Positions 49,294 through 58,216 are shown, counted from the stretch's first letter. The stretch: 64,000 nucleotides of DNA from an uncultured Candidatus Saccharibacteria bacterium (GCA_964501355.1 CAZCSM010000003.1:1660-65659), one strand, 5' to 3'. Made by a program: numbers and translations. Notes: generated from the sequence alone by a model not told the origin.

Positions 49294-50265
49294 ATGAATA
49301 ATAAAAAGTATAGTGTTGTTTTTATGGGTACTCCGGAGATTGGAATCCCGAGTCTGGAAAAGTTGATTAATGATCAGCGATTTGATGTAGTGGGTGTATT
49401 CACCAATCCCGATCGGCCGACTGGTCGAAAGATGATAATGACGCCTCCTCCTGTTAAAGAATTTGCGATAGAACATAATATTCCTATTTTCCAACCGGAA
49501 AGATTTAAAGATGGGGCAATTTCTGATTTAGAATCTCTAAATCCAGATGTCGTTGTTGTGATTGCTTATGGTCAAATAATTCCACAAAAGGCGTTGGATA
49601 TTCCTAAATTCGGGTTTGTAAATGTACATTATTCATTACTTCCGAAATATCGTGGTGCGGTTCCTGTGCAAATGGCGATAAAGAATGGTGAGAAGTTTAC
49701 GGGGATTACAATTCAGCGAATGGTTTATGACTTGGATGCAGGAGATATTATTTCTCAAAAGGAATATGAAATTGGAGAAAACGACACGACCGGAGATTTA
49801 TGGGAAAAATATTCTAAACTTGGTGCCAACCAATTGTTAGAATCTTTGCCTCAATATTTGGCCGGTGAAATTTCTCCGGTTCCTCAAAATCATGATGATG
49901 CAACTTTTTGCAAACAATCTGATGTTGCAAAAGAAAAGGCAGAAATCAATTGGGATAATCCTGCTCAGGAAATTCATAACCTTGTTCGAGCGTTCAATCC
50001 TTGGCCAATTGCCTGGACGACATTTGATGACAAACGGGTGAAGATAATTTCAACTCAAGTTGCTGATAAATGTTTAATCGCTCCCGAAAAGCCAGGGACT
50101 ATTTTGATAATTCAGGAAAGATTATTTGCCGTTTGTGCACATGGAATTTTAGAGATTCTTGAGCTTCAAGTGGAAGGTAAACAGAAATCTACTGGGGTAG
50201 AATTTGTAAAGGGTATGATGGGGAGGAAGGATGTTGATTTTAAGAAAATTAGGTTGGGGGAGTAA
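49294..50265 (+). CDS. fmt: Methionyl-tRNA formyltransferase
   Basis: 'VVFMGTPEIGIPSLEKL', 'NVHYSLLPKYRGAVPVQMAI' and 'NPWPIAWT'. The start is taken at ATG 49294. The ORF-track extension to 49123 reads through the R3 element. Confidence 0.93.
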   Translation: MNNKKYSVVFMGTPEIGIPSLEKLINDQRFDVVGVFTNPDRPTGRKMIMTPPPVKEFAIEHNIPIFQPERFKDGAISDLESLNPDVVVVIAYGQIIPQKALDIPKFGFVNVHYSLLPKYRGAVPVQMAIKNGEKFTGITIQRMVYDLDAGDIISQKEYEIGENDTTGDLWEKYSKLGANQLLESLPQYLAGEISPVPQNHDDATFCKQSDVAKEKAEINWDNPAQEIHNLVRAFNPWPIAWTTFDDKRVKIISTQVADKCLIAPEKPGTILIIQERLFAVCAHGILEILELQVEGKQKSTGVEFVKGMMGRKDVDFKKIRLGE

Positions 50266-50273
50266 GGCCTTTA

Positions 50274-50681
50274 TTATTCTGTGTACATTGATTCTTCTAT
50301 CGTTTCAGTTGTACGAACATAGCCGATTTGCCTTAATTCTGGTAGATCAGAACCTTCAGGTGCTTTACTAACCTGTACTCCTATTCTCCAAATAAATCCA
50401 TCTGCACCATGTGTTTTAGGACTGTCTTCACAGACGTATATTTCATGTTTCCCGCCTTCTCTCTCGTCGGCGCTATGGGTTATTTGTCGGTCTAGGTCTT
50501 CTCTTCTTGTTGGCGGAAGATCCTTGAGTATTCGTTCTGTAATTGCTATACGTATAGCTTTAGAGGGTTCCGTACTACCTTCACTTTTATGGAACGGAAG
50601 AAAAGGACGGTGTTCGATAAAAGGAAAATCAGCATTTGCCATTTCATTTTGTTTTTTAGCTCTCCTTTTGATTCGATCCAA
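50274..50681 (-). CDS. Hypothetical protein
   Basis: 135-aa ORF. Confidence 0.45.
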   Translation of the reverse strand: MDRIKRRAKKQNEMANADFPFIEHRPFLPFHKSEGSTEPSKAIRIAITERILKDLPPTRREDLDRQITHSADEREGGKHEIYVCEDSPKTHGADGFIWRIGVQVSKAPEGSDLPELRQIGYVRTTETIEESMYTE

Positions 50682-50873
50682 CTCTTCTTGAAGTACTGCG
50701 GGAGTGTATGATTCATCTTGAATTGCCGCCTGTGCTAGGATTTATTTTGGTGTAATTTGTAGAAGAATGGATTCTATCGTTCTATAGTGTTCCGGTTCCA
50801 TATGATTCGCCATCATTATGATTAGTCAATTAATCCTTTTTAATATAGCACATTTGAATAGGTATCGAAAGGC

Positions 50874-50909
50874 GAGGGCCTCGTTGTACGAGGCCCTCTA
50901 CTGATTTTT
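50874..50909. terminator. Strong GC stem-loop (GAGGGCCTCG-TTGTA-CGAGGCCCTC) with a T-run on the plus side, a possible bidirectional terminator
   Basis: 10-bp perfect stem. TACTGATTTTT follows on the plus strand. It lies 50 nt beyond the rnpB 3' end on the minus strand. Confidence 0.6.
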
Positions 50910-50954
50910 AACCGAAGTTATTCGATAAGCCGAATTTTGTATTCATCAACAAAG

Positions 50955-51247
50955 ATGAACGATGATCATCTATCTAAGCTGCCTACTCTTTGGCATTGCT
51001 CTAGATGGGGGTTACAATGCGTACGTCATTACTGACAATACCGGTGGTCTCTTACACCGCCTTTTCACCCTTACTTATCTTTCGATAAGCGGTATATTTT
51101 CTGTGGCCCTTTTCTCCGTGAGATTGCTCCCACCCAACTTTCGTTGGCATCACGACCTTCGATTTTGCTGGAGGACTTGTCCTGAGCTTGTCGAAGGAGA
51201 GTCCGGACTTTCCTCAGTGCTTGCGCACCGCGATCATCTGAATAACT
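50955..51247 (-). ncRNA. rnpB: RNase P RNA (bacterial type, reduced)
   Basis: The minus strand reads ...CAGATGATCGCGGTGCGCAAGCACTGAGGAAAGTCCGGACTCTCC... (P4 5' strand GGAAAGUCCGG) and ...AGTAAGGGTGAAAAGGCGGTGTAAGAGACCACC... (consensus GGGUGAAAnGGUGcGGUAAGAGCGCACC). It ends with GGCAGCTTAGATAGATGATCATC, closing P1 with the 5' GATGATC. TATAAT lies at 51255-51260 on the minus strand. Confidence 0.8.
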
Positions 51248-51302
51248 TACGGTGCTATTATAGCATTTTTTGTGATGTAGGGACAGAGTATTACTCTGTC
51301 CC

Positions 51303-51337
51303 TACAGAAAAAGAAAAGTCACCCGATGGCGGGTGAC
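51303..51337 (-). terminator. Rho-independent terminator of the 51361-51780 gene
   Basis: Minus strand AAGTCACCCGCCATCGGGTGACTT followed by TTCTTTTTCTG. Confidence 0.7.
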
Positions 51338-51360
51338 TTGCAAAAAATTATATAAGTAAG

Positions 51361-51780
51361 TTATTGAATTTTCGCAAGTTCTGGTTCTAATAAATCGGCT
51401 GTCGCTTTCCAGTATTGTGATGCATGGTCAAAAGTAGCCACTGTCCCCGGATTTCCAAATTGTGGATCTAATTGTATCTCTTTAATACTAAGATATATTC
51501 CTGCTCTGTGAATTGCATATGCCCAAAGTCCGAAAGGGTGTCCTTGTGAAGCTAATGCTGTAATGTCTCTTTCAAGTATTTGGTATGGTTCTAAGGCTTC
51601 ATCTCCTTTCCCCTCTTTTTTTAAACGTTGTTCTCTTGCATCATCTATTCCTTTGCTCCAATTTGCTTTTGCATAAGTAACAGCTTTCGCAATTTCTGAT
51701 GTTGGTGGAAATTCTCCATCTTGGTTCATATATTGGGAAGCTTCTTGGGGAAAGGGAATCACAATTGGTTCATTGTCCAT
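51361..51780 (-). CDS. Hypothetical protein
   Basis: 139-aa ORF with its own terminator. Confidence 0.5.
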   Translation of the reverse strand: MDNEPIVIPFPQEASQYMNQDGEFPPTSEIAKAVTYAKANWSKGIDDAREQRLKKEGKGDEALEPYQILERDITALASQGHPFGLWAYAIHRAGIYLSIKEIQLDPQFGNPGTVATFDHASQYWKATADLLEPELAKIQ

Positions 51781-51849
51781 TTAAATTACGTTGATAATTA
51801 ATTACTTATATTTTACTTACTTACTTACTTGTCAACTATCGGCTATTTT

Positions 51850-52110
51850 GCTATGATTTCTTCAAGCCTTTAGGCAAGTTCGGGTAGCTGTGAGCCGAAT
51901 AGGGTTTAAGAAAAGAGTAAAAACTAATATATTGCTAAGAGTGGTTTTCTGCTTATGCGTGAGACCAAATGGGTGGCACCGTGTTAATAAGTAAAAAGGC
52001 AAAAGGAAAAAGTAATAAAAAGAAGGACTTTTGCTAATTTGTTTTATCACCCTTGAATTATTGTTATTATGGTAATAGTAATTTGAGGGTGATTTTTTAT
52101 TTTATAAATA
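51850..52110 (+). promoter_or_regulatory. T-box-like leader upstream of argS (putative tRNA-Arg-sensing antitermination element)
   Basis: T-box sequence AAATGGGTGGCACCGTG (51981-51997) versus the consensus AAnnnGGGTGGnACCGCG. Terminator ATCACCCTTGAATT...AATTTGAGGGTGAT plus TTTTTTATTTT (52057-52110), whose 5' strand can pair with the T-box GGGTG. Stem-I-like GTGA and AGAGTA elements are present. A candidate specifier AGG (Arg) sits in GAATAGGGTT. Confidence 0.55.
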
Positions 52111-52116
52111 ATATTG

Positions 52117-54840
52117 ATGAAATTTACAGTTAATCAAAAAATATTTGAAAAGTACCCAAATGTAATTCTTGGTATTATTCATGTTTCAGATTTGCAGAAT
52201 AAGAAAGAATTTGAAAAAGAGGATGCGATGGAATTTCTACAAGGTCATGAAGCAAATGTGCGGGAATTCTTGAAAGAGAATGAAATAACAGATTTGTCTG
52301 TTGTTCAAAACTGGCGTGAGATATTCCAATCTTTTGGTTCAAAACCAAGTAAGTTCAAATCGTCAATTGAAGCACTCCTTCGTCGTGAGAAAAAAGGAGA
52401 GGCTTTGCCTGATATTAATCCGTTGGTTAATTTTTACAATGCTCTTTCATTACATTACAAAATCCCATTTGGAGCAGAGGATTTAACAAAAATTGTTGGC
52501 AATGTTGAACTTACATTTTCTGATGGAACGGTTGCTTGTCAGTTGATTGGTGATAATGAACCTAAACTTGCAGATGAGGGTGAAGTTGTTTACAAGGATG
52601 ATGTTGGCGCAATTTGCCGCAAGTGGTGCTGGCGAGAATCGGATCGTACAAAGATTACAGAGGAAACAACTGATGCCTTCTTCGTTATAGAATTTAATGA
52701 CGGTGATTTAGAAAATGCAAAGCAGGTTGTTGCAGAAACAATCGATGCAATGAATCACTTCTTCGATGTGAAAACACAAAGCTGGATTGTAAATAAAGAT
52801 AATAATGAAATTGAAATTCCGTTTGGAACGAAGCAAGAAGGAGAAAAACTGGTTGTGCAGGAACGAAAAGAATCCGCCTTCGCCAAGGCTTCGGCGGACA
52901 AGAGAGAAAATAAGGTATATCAGCCGAAGACGAATATTGAAGCGAAGGTTTTTCAAGTCTTATCGTTAGTTGTCAAAGAAAAGTTTGGAGAAGAATTTGT
53001 TTCAGATATTGAGCTTGAGCATCCGGCAGATGAATCGCATGGTGACCTCGCGACTAATATCGCAATGAAATTAGCCGGAAGGTTGAAACGAAATCCAAGA
53101 GAAATTGCGCAGGAAATTTTTGAAGAGTTGGATCCAATGGTTCGCGGTATGTTGAAAAAAGGTGATAGAGTAACACGGGTAACCTATTTTGATTTTCCTA
53201 ATGGTTTGATAGGCGATGTTAAGATTGCAGGATCGGGATTTATCAACTTCTTTATTCATAAAGAGAGTTTGGTCTCTGAGATTAAAGACATGAACGAATC
53301 ATATGGTAAATCTTCAAAATATTCCGGTCAAAAAGTTTTACTTGAGCACACTAGTGCCAATCCCAATAAAGCTATGCACATTGGGCATGTTAGAAATAAT
53401 ATTCTTGGTAACTCATTAATAAAACTTCTCGAAGCGGTGGGATATGAAGTTACTGCGGATTACATTGTAAATGATCGCGGGGCTTCAATCTCGAAGGTAA
53501 TGTGGGGTTACCTGAACTTTGCGCAAAAGCAAAATAATCAGGTTTTGAGTACGTGGGAGGATATTAAAGTAAATCTCGCAGGAACAAACTTCGATGAACT
53601 ATTATCAACATGGAATAATTCTCCTGAGCAATGGTTAACACCGGAAGATTTTGAAAATCTGAAATCAGACGAGATGATGGAAAAAGTTTATGTTCTTGCG
53701 TCTCATGCATCGAAAGAACTTGATTGGGTAGATGCTCAGGTCTCGAAGATTCTTGTTGATTGGGAATCAGAAATTCCTGAGAATCGAAAACTTTGGAAGC
53801 AAATATTAGATTGGGTTTTTTCCGGACAGAAGAAAACGATGGCAAGAATGGGAAGTCGGACAGATCATTTCTGGTTTGAGAGCGATTTCTATAAGGAAGG
53901 AAAAGAAATTGTAACAGAAGGATTGGAAAAAGGAGTTTTTCGAAAAGATGGAACGGCAATTATTACCAACTTTGAGGAACATGGTTTGCCGGATACAATT
54001 GTTATCAAATCTGATGGAACGGCGCTTTACATCACGCAGGATTTGAAACTTACTGAATTAAAAACTCAGAAATTCCCATCCAATAAATATATCTGGGTAG
54101 TCGGTGCGGAACAAAAATTAACGCTTCAACAAGCTTTCCTCGCAGATCATCTATTAGGTATTGTCGACAAAGAAAAACTTTATCACTTTGCCTATGGACT
54201 ATTTACAACTGCATCCGGAGAGAAAATTGGATCTCGAAAAGGAAATGTTGTTTCTGCAGATAATCTTCTGGATTTAGTTACAGATAGCGCAAAGAGCGTA
54301 ATTGAAGAGAAGGGGTTGGAATATTCAGAAGACGAGAAACGAAATATTGCAGAGAAAGTAGGGATTGGGGCTTTGAAATATTTCATTTTGAAATCTAACC
54401 CGTTAAGTTCTCTGAAGTTTGACGCTATAGAAGCAACCTCGTTTGATGGTAATACCGGCCCATATTTGCAGTACACTTATGCGAGGGCAAAAAGTATATT
54501 ACGTGATTCGGACTCCCACCACCCCGATTCCTTCGGAATCACCCCTCCTCGGGCAGAAGGGGAAAATTTGTTTGTTGCGGATTCAGAAATGGCGCTCCTT
54601 CGAACTCTGTACAGGTTTCCTGAATCTGTAATCAATGCAGCAGAAAACTATGCACCGAATTATGTCGCCGATTACATTTTTGATCTTGCGCAGAAATTCA
54701 ATGCGTTCTATCGCGAATGTCCTGTTCTTAGCGCAGAAGACTCCGTAAAGAACTCAAGATTGTTATTAACCGCTTCGGTTGCACAGGTATTGAAGAACGG
54801 ATTAAACCTACTGGGGATCGAAACGTTGGAACGAATGTAA
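52117..54840 (+). CDS. argS: Arginine--tRNA ligase with an N-terminal B3/4 (tRNA-binding) domain fusion
   Basis: Residues ~300-908 carry the Arg_tRNA_synt_N domain ('IELEHPADESHGDLATNIAMKLA'), the class I 'HIGH' motif ('PNKAMHIGHVRNNILGN') and the anticodon-binding C-terminus. Residues 1-~240 resemble stand-alone B3/4-domain proteins. An in-frame palindromic repeat lies near codon 800. Confidence 0.88.
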   Translation: MKFTVNQKIFEKYPNVILGIIHVSDLQNKKEFEKEDAMEFLQGHEANVREFLKENEITDLSVVQNWREIFQSFGSKPSKFKSSIEALLRREKKGEALPDINPLVNFYNALSLHYKIPFGAEDLTKIVGNVELTFSDGTVACQLIGDNEPKLADEGEVVYKDDVGAICRKWCWRESDRTKITEETTDAFFVIEFNDGDLENAKQVVAETIDAMNHFFDVKTQSWIVNKDNNEIEIPFGTKQEGEKLVVQERKESAFAKASADKRENKVYQPKTNIEAKVFQVLSLVVKEKFGEEFVSDIELEHPADESHGDLATNIAMKLAGRLKRNPREIAQEIFEELDPMVRGMLKKGDRVTRVTYFDFPNGLIGDVKIAGSGFINFFIHKESLVSEIKDMNESYGKSSKYSGQKVLLEHTSANPNKAMHIGHVRNNILGNSLIKLLEAVGYEVTADYIVNDRGASISKVMWGYLNFAQKQNNQVLSTWEDIKVNLAGTNFDELLSTWNNSPEQWLTPEDFENLKSDEMMEKVYVLASHASKELDWVDAQVSKILVDWESEIPENRKLWKQILDWVFSGQKKTMARMGSRTDHFWFESDFYKEGKEIVTEGLEKGVFRKDGTAIITNFEEHGLPDTIVIKSDGTALYITQDLKLTELKTQKFPSNKYIWVVGAEQKLTLQQAFLADHLLGIVDKEKLYHFAYGLFTTASGEKIGSRKGNVVSADNLLDLVTDSAKSVIEEKGLEYSEDEKRNIAEKVGIGALKYFILKSNPLSSLKFDAIEATSFDGNTGPYLQYTYARAKSILRDSDSHHPDSFGITPPRAEGENLFVADSEMALLRTLYRFPESVINAAENYAPNYVADYIFDLAQKFNAFYRECPVLSAEDSVKNSRLLLTASVAQVLKNGLNLLGIETLERM
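54508..54565. repeat. Palindromic GC-rich element inserted in frame within argS
   Basis: GGACTCCCACCACCCCGATTCCTTCGGAATCACCCCTCCTCGG. Its reverse complement, GAGGAGGGGTGATTCCGAAGGAATCGGGGTGGT, matches the intergenic sequence at 22671-22702 over 30 of 30 core nt. It encodes '...SDSHHPDSFGITPPRAEGE...'. Confidence 0.75.
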
Positions 54841-54905
54841 TTCTTCTGTAATTTACACTCGAAACAAGGTATTCTGAGTATGTAAATTATATTAATTACA
54901 GTTTC

Positions 54906-56402
54906 TTGCACAAGAAGATTTTTGACAAAGAGTTGTTCGTATCAGTGTCGCTTTTGTCGTTGCTGCTTTGTGCTACCATCGGATTCTTCCTGCTTGCAGA
55001 AATATTCTACTCCAAATCGGCTAAATCAGAAGATATCGATACACGTGTTGTCGTGTATTTGTGCGGGAATAATGTTCTTGAATCTGTAGAAGTTTGTGAT
55101 GGAACGGCTCTTGGTGGAGAGTTCTGTCAATCTTTAGGATATGACTTCGGAACGCTGGCTTGCAAGAGTGATTGTTCAGGATATGATACGACTTCCTGTT
55201 ACACATATGACATGTGCGGAAATGAACTTCAGGAAGAAGGTGAGTTTTGTGATGGAAGTGATTTGGCAGGAAGAACCTGTCTATCGTTTGGTTACGATGG
55301 TGGAGATTTGGCCTGTTCCCCAGATTGCGGTAGTTATGATTATGACGATTGTACAATTGAGATTGTTCCAACATCCGTCTGCGGAAATAATACTCAGGAA
55401 TTGGGAGAGCTTTGTGATGGGCCGGATTTAGGAGGTAAGATATGTACAAGTTTCGGATTTAACTATGGATCTCTAAATTGTGCAAGTTCGTGCGATGCGT
55501 TTGATACTTCCGGATGCAAGACGTACCCGGTATCACCTGTTGTGCAGTTATGCGGAAACAATCAACTCGATGGCAACGAACCATGCGATGGAAACCTTCT
55601 CAACGATGAGACTTGTGAATCTCTCGGTTTTGATGCCGGATACTTAGATTGTAGTGCAGACTGTCGAACCTTCGATACTTCGGGCTGTTATACCGCACTC
55701 GAGGTGTGTGATAATGAAAAAGATGACGACGACAATGGATTCGCGGACTGTTTTGATCTTGGTTGTATGGCAACTGATGAGTGTTTATCCGGGGTCAAAG
55801 AACTTTGTTATAATGGAATTGATGATGATCAGGATTCATACGTCGATTGTTTTGATGCTGATTGTCTTGGCTACGAATACTGTTTGAATAAGCTGGGTGA
55901 GAATTGTGGAAATGAGGTTGACGATAATGGAAATGCACAAATTGATTGTGAGGATGATGCGTGTTTGACGCACCAGCTTTGTTATGAAAAGGAGCCTACA
56001 GAAGAACCTGAGAAAGAAGAACCAATTGATATTCTTCCTGAAACCGGAGAGAAAGCAGAAACGAGTAAGTTCTTAATAATTGGATTAGTTGTTGGTCTAC
56101 TTCTTTTAGTCGCTTTGATAATATTCTTTATAGTTTGGAAGCGGAAGAAAAAAGAACAAGATGAAGGTGAGGATAAAGATGATGTCGAAGATGATACTCC
56201 CGGTTCACTAGATGACTCAAACAAAGGGAGTGGGGATGAACTCATGAATGAGGTTCCAATTGTAATTGAGCCGCCGATTGCACCGGTTCCAATGCAAGAG
56301 GTTCCTGTTGTAGATGACGATGATGAATCGCCCGAGTGGACATTTGAAGTTGAGCTGCTACCTGATGGTGAGACGTTGGAGATTCCGGAAGATGAGAATT
56401 AA
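54906..56402 (+). CDS. Membrane-anchored extracellular Cys-rich repeat protein (Myxococcales-type CGN-x-EC-D-G repeats plus Asp-rich calcium-binding-like repeats)
   Basis: Five ~45-aa repeats of 'CGNN..E..E.CDG..L....C.S.G[YF]D.G.L.C...C..[FY]D.S.C', then repeats of the form 'C.D..DDD.DG..DC.D..C'. These are followed by the TM helix 'FLIIGLVVGLLLLVALIIFFIVW' and an acidic tail. Confidence 0.65.
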   Translation: MHKKIFDKELFVSVSLLSLLLCATIGFFLLAEIFYSKSAKSEDIDTRVVVYLCGNNVLESVEVCDGTALGGEFCQSLGYDFGTLACKSDCSGYDTTSCYTYDMCGNELQEEGEFCDGSDLAGRTCLSFGYDGGDLACSPDCGSYDYDDCTIEIVPTSVCGNNTQELGELCDGPDLGGKICTSFGFNYGSLNCASSCDAFDTSGCKTYPVSPVVQLCGNNQLDGNEPCDGNLLNDETCESLGFDAGYLDCSADCRTFDTSGCYTALEVCDNEKDDDDNGFADCFDLGCMATDECLSGVKELCYNGIDDDQDSYVDCFDADCLGYEYCLNKLGENCGNEVDDNGNAQIDCEDDACLTHQLCYEKEPTEEPEKEEPIDILPETGEKAETSKFLIIGLVVGLLLLVALIIFFIVWKRKKKEQDEGEDKDDVEDDTPGSLDDSNKGSGDELMNEVPIVIEPPIAPVPMQEVPVVDDDDESPEWTFEVELLPDGETLEIPEDEN

Positions 56403-56457
56403 AGATTACATAAACAGTGTTTGGTTAAGGTCAGAAAAATAACAATAATTTGATAAT

Positions 56458-56597
56458 GTTACTTTTGTCACCAAAAGTAACCAAAAGTGCTGAAACAAAC
56501 CAGTTCCAACAAATAGCAATCAAATACAAATAGCTATCGGAATGGCTTGTTTCAGACTTCGTCGACTGTCCGACCTGATTCAGATAACAGAAGGAAC
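56458..56597 (+). repeat. Structured intergenic element copy R4
   Basis: GTTACTTTT-GTCACC-AAAAGTAAC hairpin, CCAAAAGTGCTGAAACAAACC...GGCTTGTTTCAGACTTCGTCGACTGTCCGACCTGATTCAGATAACAGAAGGAAC. Confidence 0.65.
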
Positions 56598-56682
56598 TTT
56601 CACAAACAACTTTCTCCTTGAGTTTACCTCGCCTTAATAATTCCCTGATTTAATGTTAATGCCTAATTTATGATTTGGATAA

Positions 56683-58197
56683 ATGCTTGCGAAGGTAAAA
56701 ACTGCCACCGTTTTGGGTTTGGATGGTATAGGGATTGATGTTGAGGTTGATGTGAGGAAAGGCGGTTGTTCACTAACAGTTGTTGGTTTACCTGATAAAG
56801 CGGTTCAAGAATCTCGAGATCGTGTCATTACAGCAATCAAGAATTCAGAAGCTGATTTTCCGGTAATTCGAGTTACTGTAAATCTTGCTCCTGCAGATAT
56901 TCCAAAAGAAGGACCTTCGTATGATCTCCCGATTGCGATTGGCATTTTAGCAGCATCTGGACAAGTTCAGGTAGATCCTGAAAAGCAACTATTCGTCGGT
57001 GAACTGGCACTCGATGGGAAACTTCGTTTTATTAACGGCATTTTGCCAATTGCAGATTTTTGTCGAAATAAGAAAGTTCCTGAGTTATTCGTTCCCTACG
57101 ATAATGCTTACGAGGCTTCATTAATCCCCGGGATTACAGTTTATCCTGTTGAAAACCTTCAGCAGTTGATTTCACATTTGAATAAAGAACGATTGATTGA
57201 GCCATTTTCAGCAGATCAAATTATAACAGAGGAAGATGATATTCTTGATGTTGTAGATTTCAAATATGTCCGAGGACAGCAGCAGGCAAGGCGAGCGGTG
57301 GAGATTGCCTCCGCCGGTTGTCACAATTTGTTGATGAATGGAACTCCGGGATCCGGCAAAACAATGATTGCCAGGTGTATACCTTCAATTTTGCCAAAAA
57401 TGAGTATTGATGAAAGTTTAGAAGTTTCAAGAATTTACAGTGTTGCTGGACTTTTAGCTAAAGACACTCCTCTTGTTCGCAGGCGTCCTTTTCGAAAACC
57501 ACATCATACGATTTCTGACGCTGCTCTTGTAGGCGGCGGGCGGATTCCGAAACCTGGTGAAATTAGTTTGTCTCATCGGGGAGTTTTGTTCTTGGACGAA
57601 TTTCCGGAATTTCCATCAAAAGTTCTTGAAACTCTTCGCCAGCCACTTGAAGATAAAATTGTCACCATTTCCAGAGCTTCCGGCACATTAACTTATCCAA
57701 CTAACTTTATGTTAGTTGCCGCAATGAATCCATGCAAATGCGGTTGGAAAGGTGATCCTGAAAGAGAATGCACTTGTTCACAAAATGATATTCAAAGGTA
57801 TTCTCAAAAAATCTCTGGGCCGATTCTCGATAGAATAGATCTAAAAATCTTTGTTCCCCGGGTTGAGTATGAAAAACTTCAAAAGGATGAGTTAGGGGAG
57901 TCGTCAGAAGATATTTTGAAAAGAGTAGAAAATGCGAGAATTTTGCAGCGGGAACGATTTACAAACACGAAATTTGTTACAAATAGCGAAATGGGGACGA
58001 AGGAAATTAACAACTACTGTAAACTTTCAGATTCCTGCAAAGAGCTTCTCAAGAAAGCTTCAGAAAGATTTTTACTTTCGGCTCGTTCATATTTCAGAAT
58101 TATTAAGGTGGCAAGAACGATTGCAGATTTGGAAAACTCCGGTGATATTATGGAATCTCATATTGCTGAGGCACTTCAGTACAGGATGGGGGAGTAG
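56683..58197 (+). CDS. comM: YifB/ComM-family Mg-chelatase-like AAA+ ATPase
   Basis: N-terminal Lon-like domain, 'LLMNGTPGSGKTM' Walker A, 'VLFLDEFPEF' Walker B and a C-terminal ComM domain. Length 504 aa. Confidence 0.9.
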   Translation: MLAKVKTATVLGLDGIGIDVEVDVRKGGCSLTVVGLPDKAVQESRDRVITAIKNSEADFPVIRVTVNLAPADIPKEGPSYDLPIAIGILAASGQVQVDPEKQLFVGELALDGKLRFINGILPIADFCRNKKVPELFVPYDNAYEASLIPGITVYPVENLQQLISHLNKERLIEPFSADQIITEEDDILDVVDFKYVRGQQQARRAVEIASAGCHNLLMNGTPGSGKTMIARCIPSILPKMSIDESLEVSRIYSVAGLLAKDTPLVRRRPFRKPHHTISDAALVGGGRIPKPGEISLSHRGVLFLDEFPEFPSKVLETLRQPLEDKIVTISRASGTLTYPTNFMLVAAMNPCKCGWKGDPERECTCSQNDIQRYSQKISGPILDRIDLKIFVPRVEYEKLQKDELGESSEDILKRVENARILQRERFTNTKFVTNSEMGTKEINNYCKLSDSCKELLKKASERFLLSARSYFRIIKVARTIADLENSGDIMESHIAEALQYRMGE

Positions 58198-58216
58198 TGC
58201 TGTAGAATTTTGAAGA

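Noticed and set aside
51862-52050. 62-aa minus-strand ORF upstream of argS
   Set aside because: It overlaps the T-box-like leader. There is no coding signal.
37640-56597. Considered whether the R1-R4 elements are integron attC sites (inverted CTGAAACAAC...GTTGTTTCAG cores ending AAC/GTT)
   Set aside because: No integron integrase or cassette-like ORF-attC periodicity is present. The core does not fit the RYYYAAC/GTTRRRY spacing. The copies also share long conserved single-stranded segments, unlike attC sites.
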